Assembly: GCA_049971295.1 (NCBI GenBank)
Contig: JBMFLH010000030.1
Coordinates: forward strand, 1-22,423
DNA from: Candidatus Ratteibacteria bacterium
GTDB taxonomy: Bacteria > Ratteibacteria > UBA8468 > B48-G9 > DTJG01
Reading direction: 5' to 3'
DNA: 22,423 bases
In this document: positions 1 through 8,119 of the stretch, one piece after another
Layout of the letters: each line of letters opens with the position of its first letter
Position numbering within the stretch: position 1 is the stretch's first letter
Translations under genes and position numbers: made by a program
The notes under the pieces: generated by a model
Database searches by the model: none
The model's input: only the letters and a program-made list of their open reading frames with translations
Told to the model about the DNA's origin: nothing

Positions 1-498
1 ATCATTATTATTGTGACCCTTCATCCTGACGGAACCGTTAACGGTGGTACTTTTGGCGCCTATACAAATGTCTCTGGTTCAGAAATTGGCATTGCAATTG
101 GTAAACCTTCTCACACTTACAAAAACATTAAAAGAACCGGTGAACTGACGATCAATGTTGTGACAAAATCCATTGCCAGTGCAGCAGAAATTTGTGGTGA
201 AAGTATTCCTCCTGCCAGAAGCGAAATTGCAGAATCAGGCCTTACCACGGAACCATCTAAAAAAATTTCTACTCCCATTATAAAAGAATGCGTGGCAAAC
301 ATAGAGTGTAAATACGAAAAAGAAATTGAAATCAATTATCATTCATTTGTCATTGTCAAATGTGTTGCAGGTCATATTGATGAAAATTTCATTGCTGATG
401 ATGGTGGCCTTGATGTTGTAAAAGCGCAGGCAATTTTTAATATTGGCTATCCCGAACCAATTTATGCAACGCTTGGAAATGTCTTTTCTGTTAGGTAG
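1..498 (+). CDS. Flavin reductase-like (DIM6/NTAB family) protein, 5' end outside the window
   Basis: The frame is open from base 1 (IIIIVTLHPDGTVN...). Family-typical segments are SHTYKNIKRTGELTINVV, TPIIKECVANIECK and HSFVIVKCVAGHIDE. TAG at 496-498. Confidence 0.85.
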   Translation: MIIIVTLHPDGTVNGGTFGAYTNVSGSEIGIAIGKPSHTYKNIKRTGELTINVVTKSIASAAEICGESIPPARSEIAESGLTTEPSKKISTPIIKECVANIECKYEKEIEINYHSFVIVKCVAGHIDENFIADDGGLDVVKAQAIFNIGYPEPIYATLGNVFSVR

Positions 499-504
499 GA
501 GTTT

Positions 505-1167
505 ATGATTGATTTTGAAAAATTTCTCAATGAAAAAACAGGAACAAAAATTCATGTTGAAATCACATCTCACAGAAAAACACTCTTACGGATAATCACA
601 GAGCCCTGTGGCAAAAAAACAGTAAAAATTCATCATAATCTTGTAAAAGGACCTCCAGAAATTCTCAACGCGATCGGAGATTTCATCGCAGGAAAAGAGA
701 AACAGAAAAACAAAAAATTGATTATAGAATACGCAAGAAAAAGTCAGCATCTTTTCTCAAAACAAAACAAGACAAAAATCAATCATGCAGGAATATTTTA
801 CAACCTGAAACAGATATTTGATATCATTGATGCGCAGTTTTTCGACGGCAGGTTGTCATCCGTGAACATTACTTTTGGAAAACGCTATAATGGCAAAAGA
901 CGTCGATCAATTGTCTTCGGAAATTACTGTCCTGACACAAATCTGATAAGAATCAATAGAAGCCTTGATAGTGACTCGGTACCTGACTTTTTTGTTAAGT
1001 ACATAGTTTTTCATGAAATGTTGCACGCATACCTGTACCTTTTAGATTCCAAAACCACAGGACACACAAAAAAATTTAAGAATTTAGAAAAAAAATTCCC
1101 GGATCTGGAAAAAGCAGAAAAATGGAAGAGAGAAAATCTCTGCCTGTTCATTGATTCAAAAAGATAG
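505..1167 (+). CDS. SprT-like / YgjP-like zinc metalloprotease domain protein
   Basis: AGGAG at 497-501 precedes ATG 505. The protein has FGNY...IRINRSLD...VPDFFVKYIVFHEMLH (HExxH) and a downstream H (GHTKKF) typical of SprT-like domains. Confidence 0.8.
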   Translation: MIDFEKFLNEKTGTKIHVEITSHRKTLLRIITEPCGKKTVKIHHNLVKGPPEILNAIGDFIAGKEKQKNKKLIIEYARKSQHLFSKQNKTKINHAGIFYNLKQIFDIIDAQFFDGRLSSVNITFGKRYNGKRRRSIVFGNYCPDTNLIRINRSLDSDSVPDFFVKYIVFHEMLHAYLYLLDSKTTGHTKKFKNLEKKFPDLEKAEKWKRENLCLFIDSKR

Positions 1168-1171
1168 AAAT

Positions 1172-1934
1172 ATGTTCAAAAAATTAAATGAAACCATAGT
1201 TTCAGAAATAGAAGGGATTGCGGGAAAAGAAAACGTTTTGAGAGAAAAAGAAAAACTTACAGATTACAGCCATGATGAATTTACTCTTTCAGAAGCATTC
1301 AACTTTCCAGAAATTGTTGTAAAAGTTACAAATACACAACAGGTCGCAGAAATCGCAAAACTTGCGACGCGTGAAAAAATACCTGTTGTTGCAAGGGGTG
1401 GAAAAACAGGACTTTGCGGAGGGTGTATTTTTTCGCACGGTGGCATTGTGGTAAGCACAGAAAAATGAATAAAATCCTTGAGATTGACCAGCATAACCTT
1501 ATGGCTCATCTTGAAGCAGGTTTCATGTTGAAGGAATTTTACCATGCGCTGAAAACAAGAAAATTGTTTTTCCCGCCACATTTTGGTGAAGAAAGTGCAA
1601 CCATTGGGGCCTGGTCAGCACAAATGCTGGCGGTGCAAGGGCAATAAAATATGGTACAATCAGAAATTTTATCAGAGAATTGCCAGTGGTCTGTTCTGAC
1701 GAAAAAATCATTCAAGCAGGGGACAAAATTATTAAAGACAGTACCGGTTATAACCTTGTGCAACTTTTTACTGGTTCTGAAGGAACACCGGGCATCATTA
1801 CTGAAGCGATCCTCAGTATCAAGCCAGAACCAGAAGCATACCTGACAGTGCTTGCCCCATTCCACATACAAAAGATGTTCTCAGATGTGTCCCTTTTATT
1901 CTTAACCCCAAACAAAATCTTTGACCCAGAATAA
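1172..1934 (+). pseudogene. Degraded FAD-binding oxidoreductase (GlcD / D-2-hydroxyacid dehydrogenase family)
   Basis: Homology continues across three frames. Frame 1 gives ...ARGGKTGLCGG...VVSTEK (TGA 1466-1468). After the A5 run at 1461-1465 it reads MNKILEID...FFPPH...SATIG. After the G4 run at 1606-1609 it reads (G)LVSTNAGGARAIKYGT...TGYNLVQLFTGSEGTPGIITE. It ends at TAA 1934 and lacks most of the C-terminal domain. Confidence 0.88.
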
Positions 1935-1937
1935 TGT

Positions 1938-3053
1938 TCAAACCGAAATAATTGCGTATCTCGCACTTAAACACGAAACATCTTTTCCTGCATAATAAGC
2001 CACAAGCACAAGATTTTTATCAAGCAGAATACCACACGGATGGCCAAAACTCCAGGTATTCATATCTTCCCAGTACTCAGCATAGGAACTTTTGCCTTCA
2101 GAAATTTTTTCCATTTTTTCAGGGTTCTGATAAATAATCAATTCTTTATCCAATTCCCATGTTCTTCCAGTATCCGGAGACATCACCAGCCGCATTGAAC
2201 CAGGATAATGTCTGTGCACATAAAAGCACAACAATCTTCCATCAAGAAGTGGAATTGGCGCAGCAATCTGTCCCTTAATTCCTGTTGGTACTGGGTCTGA
2301 CCAGATAAATGTTTCAGGATTTCCGAATGAAATATGAATATCTATATCCTTTTCCTGCTTTCTGTTATAAGTCCAGAACATCGTAATAATGTTCCCGGTT
2401 GCGTTATTGTATGCATTTCTCTGGTCCCAGTAATACAACTCATTTTCAGGATGTCTTGCCACTGTAATAATCTTTGTAAAATTTATGCCATCCGAACTAA
2501 AAAGGGCATGTGCAGCATGCGATGACGGTAAACCCGGTTTTTCTGGACCATAACTTTCAAAAAAGGCAAAGTATCCATTGCAGGTTTTCAGCACTCGTCC
2601 GGTCAGAGCAGGACCTGGCAAATTTCGCGTATCGACGATTCTATAATTTGTCCAGGTGTTTCCCATATCAAAGGAATCAGCCAGAATTAATTTTGACTCC
2701 TGTATTGTGTCACTTGAAGCATCGTACAATTTTTCACTCTTTGAACAGTCAAACCAGGAAAGAAAAGCAGATATATTCCCATCAGGCCTTTCAAAAAGCT
2801 CAACAACCTTAATATCTCCCCTGCGACCGTTAAATTCGTTTTTGAAATTAGAAAAAACCGCTGTCCAGTCAGTAGCTGCTAAAGATGCAAGAATCATTCC
2901 ATTTCCGTCAGTCGAATCCTTCCTCGTACCAAGTCGAAAACTTGAAAAGATTTTTCCGCTTGAATGTTTGAATAAGCTGGTAAAAGTACAGACTTTTTTT
3001 GTACTTGTCTGTTTTTCTGTATCAAAAATAAAACCCTGCTTTTCTATACGCAT
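1938..3053 (-). CDS. Sialidase-like / BNR (Asp-box) repeat beta-propeller protein
   Basis: Asp-box-like repeats SFDMGNTW, SSDGINF and SPDTGRTW. N-terminal FTSL...GKIFSSFR and C-terminal FGHP...VLVAYY. No signal peptide evident. Confidence 0.75.
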   Translation of the reverse strand: MRIEKQGFIFDTEKQTSTKKVCTFTSLFKHSSGKIFSSFRLGTRKDSTDGNGMILASLAATDWTAVFSNFKNEFNGRRGDIKVVELFERPDGNISAFLSWFDCSKSEKLYDASSDTIQESKLILADSFDMGNTWTNYRIVDTRNLPGPALTGRVLKTCNGYFAFFESYGPEKPGLPSSHAAHALFSSDGINFTKIITVARHPENELYYWDQRNAYNNATGNIITMFWTYNRKQEKDIDIHISFGNPETFIWSDPVPTGIKGQIAAPIPLLDGRLLCFYVHRHYPGSMRLVMSPDTGRTWELDKELIIYQNPEKMEKISEGKSSYAEYWEDMNTWSFGHPCGILLDKNLVLVAYYAGKDVSCLSARYAIISV

Positions 3054-3060
3054 AGTGAGC

Positions 3061-4041
3061 CTATTTTTTTATAACTTCAGGATTAACAATATTTGGTGGT
3101 ATTTCTCCTCTGAATACAGCAAGAATATTTTCAGCAGCCATTATCGCCATCTTTGTCCTTGTTTCAAATGTGGCGCTTGCAATGTGAGGCAGGAGAACCA
3201 CATTTGAAAGATTTAATAGTCCAGGTTCTATATCAGGTTCGTTTTCGTATACATCAAGCCCTGCACCCCAGATTCTCCTTTCCATCAAAGCGTCCACAAG
3301 CGCCTTTTCATCAACTACGGGTCCACGAGAAGTATTGATGAGTATGGCAGTTTTTTTCATCAGGGATAATTCCCTTTTTCCAATCAGATGTCGTGTGCCT
3401 GAAACAAGCGGCACATGAATTGAAACAAAATCAGATTCCTTCAGCAGTGTATCAAGGTCAACAAAAATTGCACCCACGTCTCTTTCAAGTTCGAAATTTC
3501 TTTTGACATCGTGATATAATACTCGCATTGAAAAGCCCTTTGACTTTCTCGCAAAGTTGCTTCCTATTCTACCAGCACCTATGACACCCAGTGTTTTTCC
3601 TGTAATATCTTGCCCAAGAAATAATTGAGGTGCCCAACCCTTAAATTTGCCCTGCCTTGTAAATGCATCGGCTTCAACAATTCTTCTTGCTACAGCAAAT
3701 AAAAGTGCCCACGCAAGATCACTTGTTGCATCAGTGAGTGCCCCTGGCGTATTAGTAATGATAATTTTCTTCTTTGTGGCAGATTCCACGTCAATGTTGT
3801 TGTATCCCACAGCATAATTAGCAAAGATTTTACACCTGTCTGCTGCTTGTAGCACTTCATCATCTATGTTGTCAGTGAGAAGACAGAGTACTGCATCTTT
3901 TCCTTTTACCTTTCTGATGAGTTCATGTTTTGTAAGCACTCTGTCTTCCATATTCACTTCAACATCGCACGTTTTTTTAAGAAGTTCAATCGCTGGTTCT
4001 GGTATCATCCTTGTGATAAACACACGTTTTTTTTCTTCCAT
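3061..4041 (-). CDS. D-glycerate dehydrogenase / glyoxylate reductase (D-2-hydroxyacid dehydrogenase family)
   Basis: Motifs AVGYNNID, TNTPG, GVIGAGRIG (Rossmann fold), INTSRGPVVDE, LDVYENEP and LLPHIAS. Start placed at ATG 4041 because AGGAG lies at 4051-4047. Confidence 0.92.
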   Translation of the reverse strand: MEEKKRVFITRMIPEPAIELLKKTCDVEVNMEDRVLTKHELIRKVKGKDAVLCLLTDNIDDEVLQAADRCKIFANYAVGYNNIDVESATKKKIIITNTPGALTDATSDLAWALLFAVARRIVEADAFTRQGKFKGWAPQLFLGQDITGKTLGVIGAGRIGSNFARKSKGFSMRVLYHDVKRNFELERDVGAIFVDLDTLLKESDFVSIHVPLVSGTRHLIGKRELSLMKKTAILINTSRGPVVDEKALVDALMERRIWGAGLDVYENEPDIEPGLLNLSNVVLLPHIASATFETRTKMAIMAAENILAVFRGEIPPNIVNPEVIKK

Positions 4042-4049
4042 GTCCACTC

Positions 4050-4964
4050 CTATTCAACAAGTAACCATGCCTGATTCAGTGTTCTCTTTGAATTTGCAAT
4101 AACAATATCAGGGTCCTGCCCTTTTAAGGGTTTCACTTCAAAACTCACTATTGGCCTTTGTTGCTTACCAAAAAATCCTGTGTCCATAAGCACCTGTAAA
4201 AACTCAGCAAGTTGTTCAACATCATTTTCACTGCCAGGGATTCCAAAAGGAACATGCTGGTCTCCATATAGGGGTGAGTTTTTGTCAGACATAAAACAAT
4301 TCCCGATATGAATATGAGTAATGAACTCTCTGATTGGTACAATTGCTTCTGCAGGAGATTGTCTCAATAATGGAAGATGGCTGAGGTCAATCATCAATCC
4401 AAAGTTATCAAATTTATTTCTTATTTTTTTGGCAAAATCTACTGCCAATTCAGCAGGACCTATCAAACTTTTTTTGTCTATATCATAGTCAAAAATTTCA
4501 AGTTCTAAAATCATGGAATCTTTCTCTTTTGCGTAATAGCAAATTTCCTCTGTGGACTCAACAAGAAGGTCAAAAGCGCGCTGTTTGTTTTGTCCTTCGT
4601 AAGTTCCACTTAAAAAGGAAATTCCTTTTGCACCTATGCTGTATGCCTGGTCGATGCATTCTTTCATCGTCGCGATGGATTTCTTCCTTAAACTTGAATT
4701 TTCGTCGTTAAGGTTTAATTTATTTCTCAACAGTACCGGTTGCGCTCCGAAAACAGGTTCAATCTTTGCGCTTTCAAAAATATTTTTCACTTTCTCCCTT
4801 GTTTGCGGATTTTCAATCCAGGTAATTTCTATCACTTCAAAGTACTCATCACAGGCGATTTTCTTGATTGTTTGCTCAATATTGGTTTTTCCGTCCACTG
4901 TTTCAGGAAATGCCATGAAATGGACGATACCCAGCTTGAAATACTTTTGAAAAATTGTCTCCAT
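4050..4964 (-). CDS. Sugar phosphate isomerase/epimerase (AP-endonuclease-2 / xylose isomerase-like TIM barrel)
   Basis: Metal-ligand pattern LELE...DLSH...HIHIGN...DQH...SFEV. Strong AGGAGG RBS upstream. Confidence 0.85.
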   Translation of the reverse strand: METIFQKYFKLGIVHFMAFPETVDGKTNIEQTIKKIACDEYFEVIEITWIENPQTREKVKNIFESAKIEPVFGAQPVLLRNKLNLNDENSSLRKKSIATMKECIDQAYSIGAKGISFLSGTYEGQNKQRAFDLLVESTEEICYYAKEKDSMILELEIFDYDIDKKSLIGPAELAVDFAKKIRNKFDNFGLMIDLSHLPLLRQSPAEAIVPIREFITHIHIGNCFMSDKNSPLYGDQHVPFGIPGSENDVEQLAEFLQVLMDTGFFGKQQRPIVSFEVKPLKGQDPDIVIANSKRTLNQAWLLVE

Positions 4965-4991
4965 TAACGCGCCTCCTATATTAAAACATTA

Positions 4992-5038
4992 TTGACACGG
5001 TTTGATTATTATGGTATCAAAATATCACACAAAGTCAA
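4992..5038. promoter_or_regulatory. Overlapping divergent sigma70-like promoters
   Basis: Plus strand: TTGACA 4992-4997, 17 nt, TATCAA 5015-5020 preceded by TGG. Minus strand: TTGACT 5038-5033, 16 nt, TACCAT 5016-5011 preceded by TGA. Confidence 0.5.
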
Positions 5039-5057
5039 CTATCATTAGGGAGGAGTA

Positions 5058-5399
5058 ATGAAATATGTCATCTTTGCAATTGGATTTCTCTGTCTGATTT
5101 TCTCGTTTTCGTGCGGGAAAAAACAGCAATCGCGGATTCAGCCAGAATCAGGTGGAAATCCGGTAGACCAGTATGGTGGAGTAATGTCTAAAACCATTCA
5201 AAGAGCAAAAGGCATGGATGCAGTTCTTCCGATGAAGCAATTAATTGATTCATTTTACGTTCAGGAAGGAAGATACCCTTCATCTCTTCAGGAACTGGTA
5301 GAAAAAAACTATGTAAAGGAAATTCCTGCTCCGCCAAAGGGTTACATATATTCATATGACCCATCTACTGGAAAAATCACCATGCGCCAGGAAAATTAG
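5058..5399 (+). CDS. Putative lipoprotein with a C-terminal GspG pseudopilin-like segment
   Basis: GGAGGAG RBS. Signal is MK plus a hydrophobic stretch plus FSC (Cys19). The C-terminal LIDSFYVQEGRYPSSLQELVEKNYVKEIP resembles the GspG-type (F/Y)xxxxGxYPxxLxxL motif. Confidence 0.65.
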   Translation: MKYVIFAIGFLCLIFSFSCGKKQQSRIQPESGGNPVDQYGGVMSKTIQRAKGMDAVLPMKQLIDSFYVQEGRYPSSLQELVEKNYVKEIPAPPKGYIYSYDPSTGKITMRQEN

Positions 5400-5830
5400 T
5401 CGGAATTTTTCAATATTCTTATTGCTGTAATATTGACCAGTGTGCCACCGGCATACCACTCTATAGACCAGGCGCCTGTACCGCAGGCATTCACAAGATC
5501 TTTTGCCTCATATTCCTGGCACCAGATAGTGGTTTTTGCAGTTTGTTTCAGTGATTTCTGTTCATAAATTGATCCATTTGGACCAATTAATTTGAATGAT
5601 AGTTCGGTGCCAGGTTTTTGGCGAAAATAACCAACAAAGGATATATGTTCAGATTCCCTAAAATCGTTCTTAATTCCTTCCCATTCATCATCATCAATTT
5701 TCCCGTTTTGATTTCTGTCCACCCACCAGTTGCAAACAAAAAAGTCAGGATGATTGGGTGGGACTTCAGTTTGCATAATAGCGCATCCGCTGGTAACAAT
5801 TAATATTATTGCTGTCACCAGCTGAAACAT
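5396..5830 (-). CDS. Hypothetical lipoprotein with an EF-hand-like calcium-binding loop
   Basis: AAGGAGG RBS. Hydrophobic N-terminus ending VTSGC (Cys16). Loop DRNQNGKIDDDE. Its stop codon overlaps the stop of the convergent gene (5396-5399). Confidence 0.7.
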   Translation of the reverse strand: MFQLVTAIILIVTSGCAIMQTEVPPNHPDFFVCNWWVDRNQNGKIDDDEWEGIKNDFRESEHISFVGYFRQKPGTELSFKLIGPNGSIYEQKSLKQTAKTTIWCQEYEAKDLVNACGTGAWSIEWYAGGTLVNITAIRILKNSD

Positions 5831-5862
5831 GCGCCTCCTTTGTCAGGCGATCTCTTTTTTTT

Positions 5863-6534
5863 TCAGTCAGATTTCTTCTGAAATATGCCTTCAAGCCACT
5901 GCTTTGCGAGGTCTTTTGCGCCAAGAGCAAAGGTAAGAGACAGACCAAAACACACTGAAGCCAGCACAACGATAAATACACTTGCAATGAATTCAGCGGC
6001 AATATTGAATTCCTGAATCGCAATAACGACACCAAATACAACAATCGCAATCTGGGTAATTCTCGCAAGAAATTCTGCTTCCTTAATACCTGCATTTGAT
6101 GCTGCTGTAAAAACTATTCCTCTGAACAATTTCCCGGCAAACAAACTTACTATAAAAATCACAAGCCCGATGATAAATCGTGGAATAAAACCAATAATTG
6201 AGTCAATCACTGAAGGAGGCAAACTTAGTCCCGCAACGTTCACAGCAAGGAAAATCACAACAAGTATCACAATCCAGTAAACCGCGATGCCTACCAATTC
6301 AGAAACCGTTTTTTCTATTTTACCCTTATCAAGAAATGTTTTTAAACCAGATTCTTCAGCAAACTTATCAAGTTTGATTTTCTGCAGTCCTTTTACCACA
6401 AGAACGTATATCAATTTTGCTACAAGCCATCCAACAATGAATGTCAATAACGCTGCAAGCAATTTTGCCAGCCCGAGCCAGAAACTTGCTGAAACCTGCC
6501 TCAATGGCCCGAATACACTTTCTTCTGCTCCCAT
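5863..6534 (-). CDS. Membrane protein with conserved TM-helix repeats (CmpX-like, small mechanosensitive channel associated)
   Basis: About five hydrophobic helices. Repeated motif KLLAALLTFIVGWLVAK / IPRFIIGLVIFIVSLFAGK. C-terminal LSLTFALGAKDLA. GGAGG RBS. Confidence 0.8.
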   Translation of the reverse strand: MGAEESVFGPLRQVSASFWLGLAKLLAALLTFIVGWLVAKLIYVLVVKGLQKIKLDKFAEESGLKTFLDKGKIEKTVSELVGIAVYWIVILVVIFLAVNVAGLSLPPSVIDSIIGFIPRFIIGLVIFIVSLFAGKLFRGIVFTAASNAGIKEAEFLARITQIAIVVFGVVIAIQEFNIAAEFIASVFIVVLASVCFGLSLTFALGAKDLAKQWLEGIFQKKSD

Positions 6535-6565
6535 AATCCCTCCGTGTTAGAGGTTCATGTGCTGT

Positions 6566-6593
6566 ATTTTATAACAATATTAAAAAAAATCAA
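6566..6593 (-). promoter_or_regulatory. Possible sigma70-like promoter for the 6534 gene
   Basis: TTGATT 6593-6588, 16 nt, TAAAAT 6571-6566. The context is very AT-rich. Confidence 0.35.
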
Positions 6594-6603
6594 ATTTTTT
6601 CAA

Positions 6604-7518
6604 CTACACGTGATTGTCTGTTTCACTAATCTCAATTTTATATCTCGGATGATGTTTTTCATATAATTCTTTCAACCTTTGAACAGTAATATGTGTATAA
6701 ATTTGTGTTGTCGCAATGTCACCATGGCCGAGCATTTCTTGAACAGTCCTTAAATCAGCGCCCCTGTCCAGCAGGTGGGTTGCAAAACTGTGTCTGAATG
6801 TATGCGGTGTAATCTTTTTTATTATGCCTGCCTTTTTCACATATTTTTTTACTATCCTTTCAACAGACCTTGTTGTCAGAGGTCTTCCCTTTTTATTAAG
6901 AAATACAAACTCAGAACGAAACCCACTACGTTTATTGAGATAATCAATTAAATAATTCAAAGCATAGGAACCAATTGGAACGATTCGTTCCTTGTTTCCC
7001 TTACCTCTTACTTTCACTGTCCCATCCGCAATGTTTATGTCATTCGTTTTCAGAGAAACAAGTTCGCCAACCCGAAGACCTGATGAATAAAGAAGTTCCA
7101 TCATTGCCCTGTCTCTTAAACTTAACAGATCTGTATCCTTGGCTGCCTGGAGAATTTTTTCAACCTCTTCGTATGTCAAAAATGATGGCAGTCTTTCAGG
7201 CGATTTTGGTGATGAAATGAGTAAAGCAGGGTTTTTTTTCAAATATCCGCGCCTAACCAGAAAATTAAAAAAGGATTTGATGGCAGCGATTTTTCTTCCA
7301 GTGCTTTTTGGATTATATTGCCTGTTTTTCAGAAAAAAAAGAAATTTTCTCAGGACTTCAAGGTCAATAGCATCAAGATTCTGTCCTGTAAAAGAAATGA
7401 ACTGTTGAAGGTCTGCCCTATATGCTGAAGCAGTATGTTGGGAATAATTCTTTTGATACGAAATGTAGCGGATAAATTCATTTAGCAGTGTCGAGGCATT
7501 TTTTTTACTTTCAGACAT
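6604..7518 (-). CDS. xerC: XerC/XerD-family tyrosine recombinase, more XerC-like
   Basis: Catalytic set ELLYSSGLRVGE, GKGNKER, PHTFRHSFATH and LGH...TTQIYTH. N-terminal SQHTASAYRADL. Start placed at ATG 7518, just after the hisB stop. XerC versus XerD is not fully resolved. Confidence 0.85.
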   Translation of the reverse strand: MSESKKNASTLLNEFIRYISYQKNYSQHTASAYRADLQQFISFTGQNLDAIDLEVLRKFLFFLKNRQYNPKSTGRKIAAIKSFFNFLVRRGYLKKNPALLISSPKSPERLPSFLTYEEVEKILQAAKDTDLLSLRDRAMMELLYSSGLRVGELVSLKTNDINIADGTVKVRGKGNKERIVPIGSYALNYLIDYLNKRSGFRSEFVFLNKKGRPLTTRSVERIVKKYVKKAGIIKKITPHTFRHSFATHLLDRGADLRTVQEMLGHGDIATTQIYTHITVQRLKELYEKHHPRYKIEISETDNHV

Positions 7519-7519
7519 T

Positions 7520-8119
7520 TTAATCAATTTTACCTTTGGTGGAGGAAATTTGCCTGCCCTCAATTTTTACCGCGTCTTTCAAAGCAAGAGCCAACCCTTT
7601 AAAGGCAGCTTCACATATGTGATGGGTATTCTCACCTGAAAAAAGCCGCAGATGAAGATTGATGCATGCATGATTTGAAAATGCCCTCATAAATTCCTGC
7701 AGATTTTCAATCTCTGAAAAACCACCCCTGCTTTTTACCACCGGTATGGCAAACCCCAGAAATGGCCTTCCAGATATGTCAACTGCCACCTGAACCAGAC
7801 TTTCGTCCATCGGAACAATGGCAAATCCAAATCTATTTATTCCTTTACGGTCTCCAAGCGCCTGTTTGAATGCTTCGCCAAGGCATATCCCAATGTCTTC
7901 GACAAGATGATGGTCATCGACATGAATATCTCCCTGTGCTTCAAGGTTGATATCAAATCCACTGAAAAACGAAAGCAAAGTCAGCATATGAGCCCAGAAT
8001 CCAACAGGACAATTAATCTCTGCCCTTCCTTTTCCGTCAATAACAACTGTTAACTCAACTGATGTTTCCTTCGTTTTACGCAATATATGTGCCTGCCGAA
8101 TTTTGTTTTTTTCACTCAT
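7520..8119 (-). CDS. hisB: Imidazoleglycerol-phosphate dehydratase (monofunctional)
   Basis: Motifs RKTKET, GDIHVDDHHLVEDIGI, PMDESL, DISGRP, NTHHICEAAFK and STKG. Confidence 0.96.
   Translation of the reverse strand: MSEKNKIRQAHILRKTKETSVELTVVIDGKGRAEINCPVGFWAHMLTLLSFFSGFDINLEAQGDIHVDDHHLVEDIGICLGEAFKQALGDRKGINRFGFAIVPMDESLVQVAVDISGRPFLGFAIPVVKSRGGFSEIENLQEFMRAFSNHACINLHLRLFSGENTHHICEAAFKGLALALKDAVKIEGRQISSTKGKID

Noticed and set aside
505..1167. SprT-like protease as part of a defence or toxin system
   Set aside because: No adjacent toxin, antitoxin, nuclease or methyltransferase genes.
1455..1470. Programmed ribosomal frameshift or TGA recoding in the FAD oxidoreductase fragments
   Set aside because: There is no X XXY YYZ heptamer at the first shift. 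Multiple shifts, motif-damaging substitutions and a missing domain fit decay better.
2656..3207. 183 aa plus-strand ORF and other short antisense ORFs in the track
   Set aside because: These are shadow ORFs opposite well-supported genes, with no RBS or recognisable motifs.
6604..7518. Integrase of a prophage, integron or genomic island
   Set aside because: It has typical chromosomal Xer length and motifs, no integron-integrase insert and housekeeping neighbours. I recognised no att, attC or dif site.
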